Positions 37,078 through 52,447 of a stretch of 64,000 bases of DNA are shown here, in pieces. Source of the stretch: Elsinoe ampelina. Taxonomy: Eukaryota. The stretch is taken from positions 989,868 to 1,053,867 of the forward strand of contig ML992507.1 in NCBI GenBank assembly GCA_010093995.1. Direction: 5' to 3'. Positions within the stretch are counted from its first letter, which is position 1. The number at the start of each line of letters is the position of its first letter. The notes below the pieces were generated by a model that worked only from the letters and a program-made list of their open reading frames with translations, was not told the origin of the DNA and made no database searches. Both the position numbers and the translations under genes were made by a program.

Positions 37078-40000
37078 ATGTCGACCACCGCTACCACTCG
37101 TTCCTCTTCACAGGCAAGCAGTCATAGTGCCTATAGTAGAGATCGTGCCTCCACAAGTCGGTCCAAGCAACCCTCACTGGCAAACATCTCCGTCCGTTCC
37201 TTCTCCGACTTTCGCGCGCAGACTTCATCTATACCATCTCCTAATTCAGTTCGACGGAAACCTCTCCCAGCAAACGCATCTCCGCAGATCTCTTGCTTCT
37301 CGCCGACGGACACCGAGAATCAATTCGGCGACGTTGAAGACCTTACAAGACCTGGTTCCATAGATAGTACATCTTCAAGGCAGGCATCTGGCCCCTCAAC
37401 GGTTGTGGGTCTGGGGTTGAAAGACGTAGGCAAGGGACACAACTCGAAGAGGTTAGCACACACAACGGTTCAGGAGCATGCAAGGCCTGACAATGTTCTT
37501 CGCAGTGACAAACATACTTCTACCAGATTGAACCACCAGACTTCACTCTTGTCCGAAGCCCCTAACGGCACTTCACAAAGCCTCCCACGCCAACGCGTGG
37601 AACAATCGCATCTGGAGGATTCATCGTCGAGACCGTTACAACAGGTTAAGGATATCAACGGTGGGCATGGCGGGCAGCCAGCACTGATTCGTGTCGTGTC
37701 GTCGACCTCTTCTACCTCCAAGGATCCTTCCACCCACCCTGCTCTGCGGACCAATAAACCAGACATGTCGATATGGGCGGAGAACCTGCCCAGATCCGTG
37801 TCCAATAACAGCGTAGGGTCGACGCAGACCATATCGCCTTCAAAGCAACAACAAGCCAACAAGTTCACCTCGTTCTTCGGATGGAAGTCGTCACCAACGA
37901 CAGGAGCCGAATCTCCCTCGACACCCTTCACTGATCGATCCGCTTCACCTTCCGCCTCCCCCTTTTGGTCTAAGAACCAGCCACTCGATCGATCTGTATC
38001 GGCGCCTCGTCTTAATGCTCCTGCTGCTATCGATATACCAGCCGCCAATGGCCTCAGTGGCTACCACAATGGGAGCCCTCGCACTCCCTATACAGCACGG
38101 ACACAGTCCGTCACCGCACACTTTGATGAGTTGGAGAAAGAGCTCAAGGAGGTTAGCTCCGAGCTTGCAAGCTCAATCAGGAGGGAAATGGAATTAGAGG
38201 ATGAGATAGATCGGTTCAAGGGCGAGCCGTCTATATTTCCTGGTGAGGTGACAAGGAGGACTAGTGATTACTTCTCCGACTCTGGATCTAGCGCAGCCAA
38301 AGGATCTCATTCGGAAATCGAAAGCAAAGTCGAGGAGTTGGAAAAGGCTAAGCGGAAACTGGAACAAGAGAAGGCATCGATACGCGCTGAATACTCTACG
38401 AAGCTGGCGGACGAGATGCGGAAACGTCTTGATATGGAAGTGCATCTGAACAGTCTCTCGCAGGAATTACACGAGGGTCAGGCTAGAGCAGCTGCTAGTG
38501 CGGATTCGCGAGAGAAGGTCCGGGAGCTCGAAACATTCCTGGAGGAGACACGCAGGAGATTGGCTCAGGAGCGACAGTCGCGAGACAATTTTGAGGATCT
38601 TCTGGCTGCTCTTCGCGCCGAGCTCACGCAAATGCGCAGCGAGAGGGACAATCTGGCCGAGGAGATAGTACCACAGCTCAAGGCTCAAGTTGAGGGTCTG
38701 GAGAATGAGCACGTCCGCATGCAGCAGGAATTCGGCTACCCGACTCAAGGCAGATCACGAGTCAATTCGATCGCAGAAGACGGTCACCAGCCACCAACGC
38801 CATGGAAGATGCCTGGTCTACCAAGGTCTCCGTCTCTCTTTGGACAGAACGGCATGAAGCGCAGTAATTCTACCCTCAACCGTTCTGGATCAGTCAAGGC
38901 CCGAGGTCATGAATCTACTGCAGAGGTCAAGGAAATTGAAGACCAACGTGACGCGTTGCACAAATCTTTGCAGAACCTCATCCGCCGTCACGAAGCTCAG
39001 AAGAAGGAGCACGCTCGCGCAATTCAACGCCTCATTGCCGATCGCGATGCTGCTACGACTAGCTCGCCTCGCCGCACGGCCTTTGCCAGGAACGTCGCCA
39101 CGATGAAGGAGGAGATTGTCACTCTGCGTCGCCGTGTCGATGAAGCTCTCACTCAGAAGTGGCAATGTGAGGACAGCTTCGGTGGTGTCAAGATGGCTCT
39201 TGACCGTGCCGAGCAGGAGACCAGATCACTCCGCAATCAGCTCGGCGCACGAGACGAGAACGGCCGGAAGGGCAGCGATGGTCTCGGCATCAGCATCGTC
39301 TCGAGCAATGGTGATGAAAGCCCAATGTCGATGGTCAAGATTCTCCGTCGCAGCATCCAGCTCGCTGAGACTGAGAGGGATGCGGCTCGCCGCGAGGCCG
39401 AAGCTTACAGACAGAAGGCACGCAGTGTGCAAGATCGCTCCCTTGCCGAGGACCTGCTCGAATCAGCGGATCGTCTCGATGACCTCGCTGCCAGACTACA
39501 TGAGAGTGTGCAGAAGAACATTGACCTCCGTGAGCGTCTGGCCACTGCTCTCGCCGATGGTGAACTCGAGCAAAGCACCAGCACGGCCAAGATTGTCGAG
39601 ATGCAGTCTCGTCTCAAGACCTTTGAGGAGTCTGTTTTGAGCGCACAGCAGGAGTCAGAGAATGCCTTTGCGGCCAGTGAGGAAGTGGCCAAGGAGACCG
39701 ACGCTAGTATCACACCACAAGTGACGAGGCTGACACTCAACATACCTGGTCCGACCTATACTGGGCACAGGGCGGGCGAGGGTATCTTTTCTGCCCGTAG
39801 TCCCAAATTGGCGGTGACCCGCAGCGGCAAGGCGGAGAGCATGGAGCAGACAGCCAAGACAGCTGTGCTGGAAAAGAGGTTGGCGGATCTCGAGAAGGCA
39901 TTGTTCGAGGCGGATAGTGATATGAAGGGCGTAGTCGACAGGGTGGAGAAGTCAAGGGCGGAGATTGCCCTTTTGCAAGGCGAGAGGTGAGCTCATTGGC

Positions 40001-40121
40001 AATGGCAACGCAGAGGACTTTTCACTGACAACATCACAGAGAAAGCGCCAACCAGGGCATGAAGCAGCTGCAAAGTGCCATCAGCGAGGAGAAGCAGCGA
40101 GCTCTCCGACTCATGGCATAG
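37078..40121 (+). CDS. Large fungal coiled-coil protein (Uso1-like composition)
   Basis: S-rich disordered N-terminus, ELKEVSSELASSIRREMELEDEIDR, long heptad regions. Intron 39988-40039 and a short last exon ending TAG 40121. Confidence 0.8.
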
Positions 40122-40770
40122 AAGGCTAACAGAACATTCGACGACATTACGTTTGGGTAGCAGGGCGCTGTACAACAAAGGATATGAGGACGACTTTTGG
40201 GTATCGGTAATCTGTTATTATCTTCTGAGCAGAAGAAGGGCTTACAGAACGGTGTACGAGCATTGTCCGCAGAACACTTTTTAGACGCATTTTAGTCTGT
40301 AGGATACCACTTGTAGAAGTAGATGTCATGGAATATCTTTATCCCTGCAATCCCAAGCTGTCATGCTCATTTTCAATCTGGAATTAATCTACTCGGGAGT
40401 ATTAGCCCTCGACGAGTCCCCTGCCAAGCGAGATCGACCACGAGCTTGCTTCGGCTTGCTTTGGCGAAGGTGAGGCGCCTGGAATCTGAAACTCGTCACA
40501 GAACACACGACTCCTTCTCGAATACATTTGCATTTCTGCAGGCATTTGTCGTCGACCACAGCATTCCTGTATCTCGATTGACTGCAGGATAAAGCCAGTG
40601 TACAGAGCTAGAGAAGACCATTACGCCAAGGCTCAAACAGCGCTTCCTTCACCGACCTGTCGATACCTCGACCTGCGATACTCCCGACCCCTTGTCCCAC
40701 ACACCCTGTGCTGTCACTCGGCATCTTGCATCTCGATCCCAGCAATAAACACATCGACGACGAATTACCC

Positions 40771-40788
40771 ATGCCCGTCCAACGCTAG
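40771..40788 (+). promoter_or_regulatory. Short uORF (MPVQR*) in the cot-1 5' leader
   Basis: ATGCCCGTCCAACGCTAG lies upstream of a putative 5'-UTR intron (GTGAGC 40844..GCTAAC..AAG 40897). Confidence 0.45.
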
Positions 40789-40930
40789 CCATTCCAAATC
40801 CACGTGAGAACCTAAAGACGGGCGACCTCCTTTCTCCGCATCAGTGAGCTCCACACTACATTTCCTTCCAACCAGACAAGCTAACATGTCCACCAAGCTC
40901 GGCGCCCTCCTCTCACGATCTCGAGACAAG

Positions 40931-43131
<2,201 letters not shown>

Positions 43132-43951
43132 GGTGGTGGATGAGGGGAGGGGTGAGGAGGAGGGAGGGAGAGGAGGGGAGACGGAAGGGGGTTGGGCAGG
43201 GGGAAGGGGAACGGGCAGGACGACAGGAGGGCAAGGACAGGAATGAGGAGTTTGTATGGGGAGAAGACGAGGGAGAAGAAGTGGATGTTGCATTGTACGT
43301 CTTGCCGCTGTCATTGCGCAACTGGAACAGTGTATATCTGGATCTGGACCGGTGCTGGATTCTGAAACGAGGTTGACGGCCGAAGCATGGTGCGCTGGAC
43401 GCGAGGATTGAGCTGGGACGCCTGTTTCGGTAGAAGGCACGGAGTGAGGCTGTGGCGGTGGAGGAAGGAGAGGGTATAGGCGGGAGGACGGGAGAGGCGA
43501 GGGGGATGACGTGGGGATTAGCATATATGCATCTGCATGTTATTGTAGGATGAATGAACACGTGAAATCATCACTGCGCATTAGTTGTTGACCTATAGAG
43601 GAGGTGGCGCGAGAGACGGCATGTGAATGGGAGGTGCTGGTCGAGGTGGCGCGTCTGCCAAACACTGTCTCGTCACTGCCTTTCGCTTTGCTCGGTTTGC
43701 CTAGGTGCAGGATGTTCTGATCTGTGGGCTAATTCCATACTGCCGGTCTTGGTGTATCATTGGTATCCGGCTGTCTAAAGATCCGTGCTTGATCTCCATC
43801 TCGCCCCGTCTAGAAGAGGACACTTCCTCTACCTTGACCTCGTCCTGTCAGGGAAAGCTCGAATGAAGACATCAAAGCAGTCTCTGAAAAACTTTTGCTG
43901 CCCTCCATGAACGCCCGCGCTCGTTTCAATTGATTCTGGCAACGTCGGGTT

Positions 43952-44472
43952 TCATCTCGCCTCGAACTAATCTCAAGTCAGCATCTGTTCGCCGCTGATT
44001 GATCCCTCGCCGCATGCAAATCATGCACGTCGCACGCTTCTCGTCTCTTCATCCATCATTTCATACACCGCGTTTCGGTTCCCCCCCTCTCGAGACTCGC
44101 GCAGCAAATGCTCGCCCCACCATCGCCTCTCTCGTCCCGCCCTTTCGCCCCTTGCCTTTCCCTTTCCCTCCTGCGCTTCCCCTCCTCTAACTCCCCTACC
44201 TCTATCCCCACCCCTGAATCCTAGACAATGGACAAGAGACATACCTGTATCAACCTCTCCGTCCTCTGCTTATAAAGCACACGGTACCCACACTCTTTAC
44301 ACCGGATCGGGTCACCCTTCTTGAGATAGACCTTCGTATCGCAGTCACCGCACAAGTATGCGACGGGCTTGGCGATGTCCATTGCGTCGGCGCCTGCTTG
44401 GGGCGCGAAGGCGTTGGAGCCGCCATTTCCGCCGGACGGGATGGTGGGGGCTTGGAAGGCTTCGCGGGACAT
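43952..44472 (-). CDS. RPC10: RNA polymerase I/II/III shared subunit Rpb12/Rpc10
   Basis: YLCGDC...IRCKECGYRVLYKQRTERLIQ, intron 43967-44244 (GTATGT..GCTGAC..TAG), last exon FEAR*. Confidence 0.92.
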
Positions 44473-44971
44473 TTTTGATCGGATCGCTAGGGTGTGGTTG
44501 GGTCGGGTGGGGGCAGGAGAGGATTGGTGTCAGGATGAGTGGTCCGAGAGTAATCCGAGTCTGGGAGGGTGAGGTTGGGAATGCGTCGCGGTGGTGAGAG
44601 TCTTGGGCGCGCAGAGAGGATGTGGTTGTGAGTGAGGTGAAGATTGGAGATGGTCGGAGATCTGATAGAGCAGGCGGTGAGAGGGAAAGCCAGTCGAGGT
44701 CGAAAAGCGATATCGGCAGCGAGACCGGGGCAGAAATCTCCCAGGGTTCTCTCACTTCCGCGGCGAAACTGACGTCGCCAATCAGGTGTTTGGTATTGGT
44801 CAGCTATCGGCTTTTGACATGTGCTTCTCGACTCAACATTCGCCTTAGCACTTCCTACAACTTTTCAGGGCGACTGTACGATCACGCGACTACGGTCTTT
44901 GAAGCGACTAGTAGGGACAAGCGATGCGCATCCGGTAACACCACTCTCCACCGACCGACACGACCGCAAAC

Positions 44972-46843
44972 ATGTCCGCCATACTCTCCTCGGCGGACCT
45001 GAACGACTTCATCTCTCCCTCGGTCGCATGCATAAAACCCGTGGAGACTCTCCCTGCCGCCCTTGAAGCGCCGAGTAATCCCTACGAAGTCACGACTGAA
45101 GAATCGCTCGCTGCATCTGCCCCGCCCCCACCTGCTTCTATTTCTCTCACGGACTGTCTGGCATGCTCGGGTTGTGTCACTTCTGCAGAGGCGGTACTTG
45201 TCAGCCTTCAGAGTTACCAGGAAGTCATATCGACGCTGGACGCCTTTGCTGAGATTGCGCTGCCGAGGACAAGAGATGAAGCGGCTTGGGCTGGGCTGGG
45301 GGAGAAGGACGGGAAGGTCTACGTTGCTACAGTCAGCCCCCAGGCAAGAGCGAGCGTGGCTGCTACATTCGTTGTGAGCGAGAAAGCAGCGGGAAATATG
45401 ATTGAGCGATTGCTGAGTGGAGAGGAAGGTCTGAGAGGGACAGGTAATGGGGCAGGGTTCTCTTGGGTTCTGGACAGCAATGTGCTTCGAGAGGTAGCGC
45501 TTGTTGGCGCTGTGGAAGAGGTGGAGCGGTCGAAGAGCTCGGCGGCACAGGGGGACTATACACAACGGGTCAGCGCACCGAAGAAGCCAATTCTCACATC
45601 GGCATGTCCAGGCTGGATTTGCTATGCTGAGAAGACACACCCGCACGTGTTGCCGCATATCAGCAAGCTCAAGAGTCCGCAGGCAATAGCAGGGACGTTG
45701 GTCAAGACGATCCTGGCGAGCAAGGGCATACCACCGGAGAAGGTCTTCCACGTGGCTGTCATGCCCTGCTTTGACAAGAAACTTGAGGCCTCAAGGGAAG
45801 AGTTCACCAGTTCCTACTGGGACTCCTCCGACCCGACATCCTCCTCGCGAGGCGCACGAGATGTGGATCTAGTCATCACGTCACGCGAGCTCATATCCCT
45901 TGCCTCAAGTCGAGGCATCTCCTTCCCATCCCTCTCCCACCGACCTCTCTCCCGCACCGCTCGACCCCCATTCCCCGATCAACACCTCGAATCCTTCCTC
46001 TTCCCTCCCCGACCACTACGGAACGGCAGCCCAGACCAAGGCTCATCAGGCGGCTACCTCTACCACGTCCTCCGCACAACCCAGCTTCTCAACCCAGGCA
46101 GTCACCTCTCCATCCAACGCGGCCGCAACGCCGATGTAGTGGAGTACGTCCTCACCGCATCCTCCCTCTCCACCAACGGATCCACCATGACCAACGGCAC
46201 CCACCCCTCCCCGGCGTCTGCGCAACCCGACATTCTCATGCGCGCAGCCCGATACTATGGCTTCCGCAACATCCAAAACCTCGTCCGCCGCCTGCGCCCC
46301 GCCAAAACCAGCCGCCTCCCCGGCGCTGCTCGGGCCGGGGTGCGCAGACCGAACGGCGCTGCGGGGACCAAGCAGGAAGTAGGCGTGGAAGGGTACGATT
46401 ATGTTGAAGTCATGGCTTGTCCGGGGGGTTGCACGAATGGGGGTGGACAGGTGAAGGTGGGGGACGTGAGGGAGTTGAGGGGGGAGATGAAGGGGACGGG
46501 AGAAGGGGACTTGGAGACGGACGTGGGTGGGCAGAGGGAGTGGTTGGGGGTTGTGGATGAGGCGTATTTTTCTGGAGGGACGAGTGATGGGGAGGAGGAG
46601 AGAGATGGAGACGGTGATATGGTCATGGAGGAGACAGGAGAGGAGGGTGATGATCTGGTGGTGGATGGGGTGTCGAGGGGGAAGGTCAAAGGGTTTGTGG
46701 ATCGATGGGAAGAGTTTACGGGGATTGAAAGGGAGAGGTTGCTGTACACTACTTATCGCAAGGTGGAGAGCGATGTGGGAAAGAAGGCAAGTGACGTCGA
46801 GAGGGTAGCGGGGTTGGCGAGCAGTATTGGTGGTGGTTGGTAG
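44972..46843 (+). CDS. NAR1: Cytosolic Fe-S assembly factor Nar1 (hydrogenase-like)
   Basis: MSAILSSADLNDFISPSVACIKP, ISLTDCLACSGCVTSAE, SACPGWICYAEK, VMPCFDKKLEA, YVEVMACPGGCTNGGGQ, C-terminal GGGW. Confidence 0.95.
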   Translation: MSAILSSADLNDFISPSVACIKPVETLPAALEAPSNPYEVTTEESLAASAPPPPASISLTDCLACSGCVTSAEAVLVSLQSYQEVISTLDAFAEIALPRTRDEAAWAGLGEKDGKVYVATVSPQARASVAATFVVSEKAAGNMIERLLSGEEGLRGTGNGAGFSWVLDSNVLREVALVGAVEEVERSKSSAAQGDYTQRVSAPKKPILTSACPGWICYAEKTHPHVLPHISKLKSPQAIAGTLVKTILASKGIPPEKVFHVAVMPCFDKKLEASREEFTSSYWDSSDPTSSSRGARDVDLVITSRELISLASSRGISFPSLSHRPLSRTARPPFPDQHLESFLFPPRPLRNGSPDQGSSGGYLYHVLRTTQLLNPGSHLSIQRGRNADVVEYVLTASSLSTNGSTMTNGTHPSPASAQPDILMRAARYYGFRNIQNLVRRLRPAKTSRLPGAARAGVRRPNGAAGTKQEVGVEGYDYVEVMACPGGCTNGGGQVKVGDVRELRGEMKGTGEGDLETDVGGQREWLGVVDEAYFSGGTSDGEEERDGDGDMVMEETGEEGDDLVVDGVSRGKVKGFVDRWEEFTGIERERLLYTTYRKVESDVGKKASDVERVAGLASSIGGGW

Positions 46844-47783
46844 ACAGGACGAACACATGGAGGCAGTGGCAAAATATTCTTCGATATTGCATAGCGATGG
46901 TATGGGGAAATATAGACTGTATGAATGATGAACTCAATGGAGCTTTTCCATCGAGATATTTGCATCTCCTCCATCTTGTCAAAGACCTCCAGCATAAGCA
47001 CTGACATGCTTGCCTCTCACACTTGATCACATATACTTACAGCGATGCATACCACACACCTCACGAAGACCGTGACCACGATCTTTGGGGATTGTCCACA
47101 CAACACTCGCCTTATCCATCGCTCTAACTACAGTACTCCCGATCTCGCCCTCCCATTTTCCTGCCATCCACCATGACTTAAACGCAGATCCTCCCTCCCC
47201 AACCACGGTACCGCCTCTCAAACCTACCACCACCCAGTCAAGCCTAAGCTTCCATACAACGGGTAGGAATTCTCATCTCCCCAAAGCATCGCAAAAGCAT
47301 GCCCAAATCGTCCCACACCCATCACGAAAAATCGAGTGCAAGCGAGCAAGTGAATCATTATCGAAAGCCTACCTCCCGCCCGTCATGATTTCTTTTCTCG
47401 AGACCGTGGCTGAAAATCGACTTTGGTACGGCGCGCACACCTGATGGTAAGCGTTACTACTACGGCCCGGCAGTCGGAATCGTTATCCCCTTCTGTGAAC
47501 CACAGAAGACATGAGGGAGGATTGCATGTCTTGGTGCCTGCATGCTTGCTGGCTGCGGGAAGGGCTATTTCTGGTCCTAGTGAGGTTGCCTATACACGGC
47601 GCGTTCGGAATAGGGGGCCGGGTGAGTTTATTACTACTAGAAGAGCCACTACGGCGTAGGGGCTAACATAGATCATAGACACTTACTAGTACAGGAAGTG
47701 AAATTATGTATAATATATTTTACTAACGTACTTAAGGGACTTAAGAAGTATACCCCCTAAGGAAGAAACTTACTTAATTAGTA

Positions 47784-48217
47784 TAGGGTGGTCGAGTGGG
47801 TTAATACTATACTCTTTAGAGTATAGTAATTACGACGTGACTTTTCGTGAAATTTTCGTGTTTTTTGATGTTTTTACGTGTATTAGTAAGCTTCTTTTAT
47901 AATCTAAAGTATTTTTTCTATACTATAAAAAAATCTACATTTTTTGGTACTACTTTCGCTTACGTAATCCTAGATCCTGATTTTTAGAAGAAGAAAGAAA
48001 TTTGAAATCACTACTAAAAATCAGGATCTAAGATTACATAAGCAAAAATAGTACTAAAAAATGCAGAATTTTTGATAGTATAGACAAAATATCTTTATTA
48101 GTAAAATACGCTGACTAATACACGTTAAAATATCAAAAAACACAAAAATTTCACGAAAAGTTACATTGTAATTACTATACTCTAAAGAGTATAGTATTAA
48201 CCCACTCGACCACCCTA
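47784..48217. mobile_element. Foldback MITE (hAT-like), 434 bp
   Basis: Termini TAGGGTGGTCGAGTGGGTTAATAC... / ...GTATTAACCCACTCGACCACCCTA. Arms are complementary for ~200 bp. 8-bp direct repeat AATTAGTA on both flanks. Confidence 0.88.
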
Positions 48218-48319
48218 AATTAGTAATATATAGAAAAGATACTACTCTCTTCTATGTTTTTTTTAGCTAATTATAGAGTATCTATCTTAGCTTCTAAATT
48301 AGACTATTACTCTAGCTTA

Positions 48320-48700
48320 TAATTACAACTAGTAAGATAAAAAGTTAATTATATCTATTTATTAAGATATTAAGACTTAGAAGAAGAAGAAGAAGAAAGC
48401 TAGTATATAAAGCATCTATAATATCAAGAGTAAAGTAGCTAGAAGCTTAGGCTATAATACTAAGATTATATAACTAATCTAAACTAAATCTTAACTAAAT
48501 CTAGTTTGTATCTATCTTATATTACTACTCTCTCTCTTAAGTATTATAAGTATATTTACTCTTAAATACTATTATATATTACTTATTAATCTATATTAGC
48601 CTTAGTTTATCTATATAAGAGTCTAGATAGTTATATAGTACCTCTACTACTTCTTTAAGATTATTAATTAGCTACTAGGTAAGATCTTCTAGATAGCTAA
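48320..48700 (-). mobile_element. Truncated 3' end of a family-A Gypsy copy (LTR 48320-48524, PPT, chromodomain remnant)
   Basis: The LTR is similar to 50012-50222 and is followed by the same pyrimidine tract and internal sequence. Confidence 0.75.
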
Positions 48701-48709
48701 GTAGTTAGT

Positions 48710-50011
48710 AGGTAGTAGGTTACCTACCTAGAGTAGAGTAAAGTATACTCTACTTAGTATAGTAGGTAGAGTAAAGTAGAGTATTCCTTATAGTAGATAG
48801 AGTAAGAGTAGAGTAGTAGATTATCTAGAGACCTAAATACTCTACCTACTAAAACCTATATCTATACTCTATAGAGTCTTACGTAAGCTATTATAGCTTA
48901 TCTTAATTTTCTATTATTACATATAAAATTTTTAATTTAGGTAAAATAGTACTAATTATAGTATCTAATTATAGTATCTTATATACTTTAAAGTTATAAT
49001 TAGGATTTATAATATACTACGCTTTTCTAGCTAGTCTTATATACTTTACTAGTAGTTTATTATTATTATTATTATTATCTTTCTTATAGCTACTAGTAAT
49101 AAATAGACTCTCTTAAGAAGGTAAATTAAGTAAATTATCTATCTTATCTAGTATATTATCTTTAGTACTACTATTAATAGAATTCTTACTTAAGAGAGGT
49201 ACTTTAGTTATAAGGTTTATAATAACTAGCTACTAGATTATTTATATAGAGAGTTAGTATCTCCTATTACTAATAATATTCTTTACTATATTACGTTACG
49301 AAAGTTCTAAGTATAGAGAGTTAGAATATTAGGTTTCTCTATATTAAACTAAGTTTAACTACGTTAGGTTACTATAAACGTACTACACCTACCTAAATTT
49401 AGTTAAATATACTATACCTATCTAGTTTTAATTAAATACACTATATGTGCCTTAGTCTAGTTAAACGCTCTACTTACTATAACTAGAATAGATATAGAAA
49501 TTAATAAGTATCTTATAGAGAGTGTCTTCTAAGCTAGTATTATTATAGATCTTATCTACTAGATAGAGGGAGAGTTAGTACTCTATATAGAACTTAGTTA
49601 TTATAGCTTCTATTATATATAAGGTAAGGTTGTTAATTGTTATCGATAAGGTTTTAGGTAAGAAGGTATAGATTAACTATTAAGGACTATTCCTAAGTAC
49701 TTTTATATAACTATATAGCTAGTAATAAAGATTAACACTAACGAAAAGTGCCTCTATTAGCCTATAGCCTATAAGTTCTACTATCTAGTAGCCTATATTA
49801 TTAATAATATAGAGAACCTCTATAGAGAAGTCTTTATAAGTTAGAGTTATAAATATAAAGTAGCATTCCTAGAGAAGAGCTTTATTATTATAGCTAAGGC
49901 TAGCTATAAGATAGAATATACTTATCTATAGGTCTATACTAGTAGCTAGTAGTCTACTAAGGTTATATAGAAGAAGAATAATAATAAAAGCTAGATATAC
50001 TATATCGATAG
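48710..50011 (-). mobile_element. Degenerate element, possibly a DNA transposon (host of the family-A insertion; may continue at 63505-64000)
   Basis: Short reiterated GTAGAGTA motifs near 48720-48850; a weak SIP..S.ERL-like hAT dimerisation remnant near 49460-49500. Confidence 0.3.
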
Positions 50012-51496
50012 TAATTACAACTAGCAAGATAAGAGGTTAATTACGTCTATTCGTTAAGATATTAAGACTTAGAAGAAGAAGAAGAAGAAGAAAAGCTAGT
50101 ATATAAAGCACGCGTAATATTAAGGGCAGAGCGGCTAGAAGCCCGGGCTATAATACTAAGATTACGTAACTAATTCCTAAACTAGATCTTAACTAAATCT
50201 AGTCCGTATCTATCTTATATTACTACCTCCCCTCTTAAACGCGTTTGCTCTTAAACGCTATTATATATTATTCGTCGATCTATTTTAGCCTTAGCTTATC
50301 TATGTAATAGTCTAAATAGTTACGTAGCATGTTAGCTACTTCTTTAAGATTGTTAATTAGCTACTAGGTAAGATTCTCTAGATAGCTCTTCTAGCTTATA
50401 TAAGTAACTAGCTTTCTTTATAGTATACGTATATTAATTATGTTATTTACCTTATACTTCTCTTTACCGTCGACCTCTACCGGAGGTAGTTTATTAAAGG
50501 CTTAGCCTAGTAGAGAGTTATTTAGGTGCTTAGTAAGGAGGTTAGCGTAGAACACTAGGTAAATCCTCTATAGTATAGCTAGTAGATCGAGCTTATATAC
50601 TAGTAGTAATTGTTTCTTAAGGATCTTATAGGGACTAACATGCTTTAGTAGTAGCTTTAGATTACTCTATAGCTAGAGGTTCTTCGTCGATAGCTAAACT
50701 AAATCGCTAGCCTCGAACTTAATTAGCTAGTAGTACTTATTTACTTGTTCTACTATCCGTGACTAGGTAATAGCGAGGTTAGCCTTAGTAATAGCTAGTG
50801 CCTCTTCTAGTTGCTTAGTAAGTGCGCGGATGTCGACCTTATTTAGCTTAGCTCTTATTAATAGTACGTTAGAAGAGGGCTAGAAGCTTAGCCTAGGCTT
50901 ATATTCTCTAGTAACCTTAAAGAGTAATAACTTAGTACTTTCTAATAGGCTAGCATTAGTAGAGAACTCTACTACTAGTAGAATAAGAGTCTAATTGCTA
51001 AAGCGCGTAGCGTATAAATAGATAACTTGCTTAAACTTGCAATTTATAACCTCTAATTAGCTATTAGTTTAAGGGTAGCTAGTAGTCGAGAGCTTAGCTA
51101 TAATTTTTAGAATCTAGTAGAGCCTACTCTATACGTCGCTAACGAACTAGGGACCGTAGTTAGAGATAATACTATCTAGTAGGCTATGTAGTTTCTACAC
51201 GTAGAAGAATAACAACTTAGTAGTCTCGAACGCTAAGGTCCCTCTATCTCTAGAGAAGTAAGAGATTAAGTGTTATTCCTTAGATAAACAATTAACGATA
51301 TAGAGTACTACGTTATAGCTATTAGCTAAGAGTAGACTAGTAACGAAGTCTATTATAACATGTTACTAGAGCCTTTCTAGAATAGGTAAAGGTAATAGGA
51401 GGCTAGCTAGTAAGCTATAGTAAGCCTTTAAGTGTTTATAGTTATAGCAATTAGCAATAAACCTCTTAATAAAGTTATTATAGCCTAGGATAAAAA

Positions 51497-51698
51497 TAAT
51501 TACGACTAGCAAGATAAGAGGTTAATTACATCTATTTATTAAGATATTAAGACTTAGAAAAAGAAGAAGAAAATTAGTATATAAAGCACATATAATATCG
51601 AGAGCAAAGCGGCCGGAAGCCTAGGCTGTAATACTAAGATCACGTAACTAATCCGAACTATATCCTAACTAAATCCAGTTCGTATCTATCTTGTATTA
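51497..51698 (-). mobile_element. Solo LTR of family A
   Basis: Homologous to the family-A LTRs, flanked by an AAAAA TSD, inserted in the integrase region of element A. Confidence 0.88.
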
Positions 51699-52447
51699 AA
51701 AAAAGATAGTCTTAATTATAGTAGCTGTTTTAGTAGCTCTAGTATATATATAGTTCTTCGATGTATAGACCTCTTAGATAACCTTTATAGCTATTAACTA
51801 TAGTATAAATAGTTAGCTAGCGATCTATAATATTCCTTTATTAATAGTAACATTAGTCGACAGTAGCTATTTCCTCTTTAGGAAGGCCTCTATTATATAG
51901 TAGATACCTCGAACTGTTTTGCACTTAGCGTTCTATAAGTTAGCTTTAGCTACTTCTTCGAAAAGAGGTAAAGGCTCTTCTATAGCTATTATAGGTACTA
52001 CGTAGATGCCTAGTTCGGCAGCCGAAGTAGGCGCCGATATAGGTAGTAAAGTAGGTAGCGAACTAGTTCGCAAACTAGATTTTAGTTTAGTAGCTAAACT
52101 AGTTCTTAGTTTAGCTTAAGTCGCTAGTCTAGTTCGGATGTAGCCTAGATATAGCTTGTTAATAATGCGCTAATCGAGCACTTTATATAGTAGTAGCGTC
52201 TAGCGAAGGTTAGAGTCTTCTCTTAAGCGTAGTACGTCTCTATTTCTCCTTATAAGTGCGTCGGCCTTACTATTAGTAGCGCTAGGCCTATATATAATCT
52301 TAAAGTTAAACTATATAAGGTAGAGAGCCTAGCGCACTTAGCGGCGTAATAGCTTCTAAGTCTTTATAAAGTGTATTAAGGATTAGTAGTTAGTAAGGAC
52401 GTAGATAGCCTTATTAGATTAAGTACTTATAAGCTTAAAGGCCTATT

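Noticed and set aside
43967..44244. 278-nt RPC10 intron as a possible ncRNA host
   Set aside because: G/A-rich low-complexity sequence without snoRNA guides; part of the 3' G-rich pattern.
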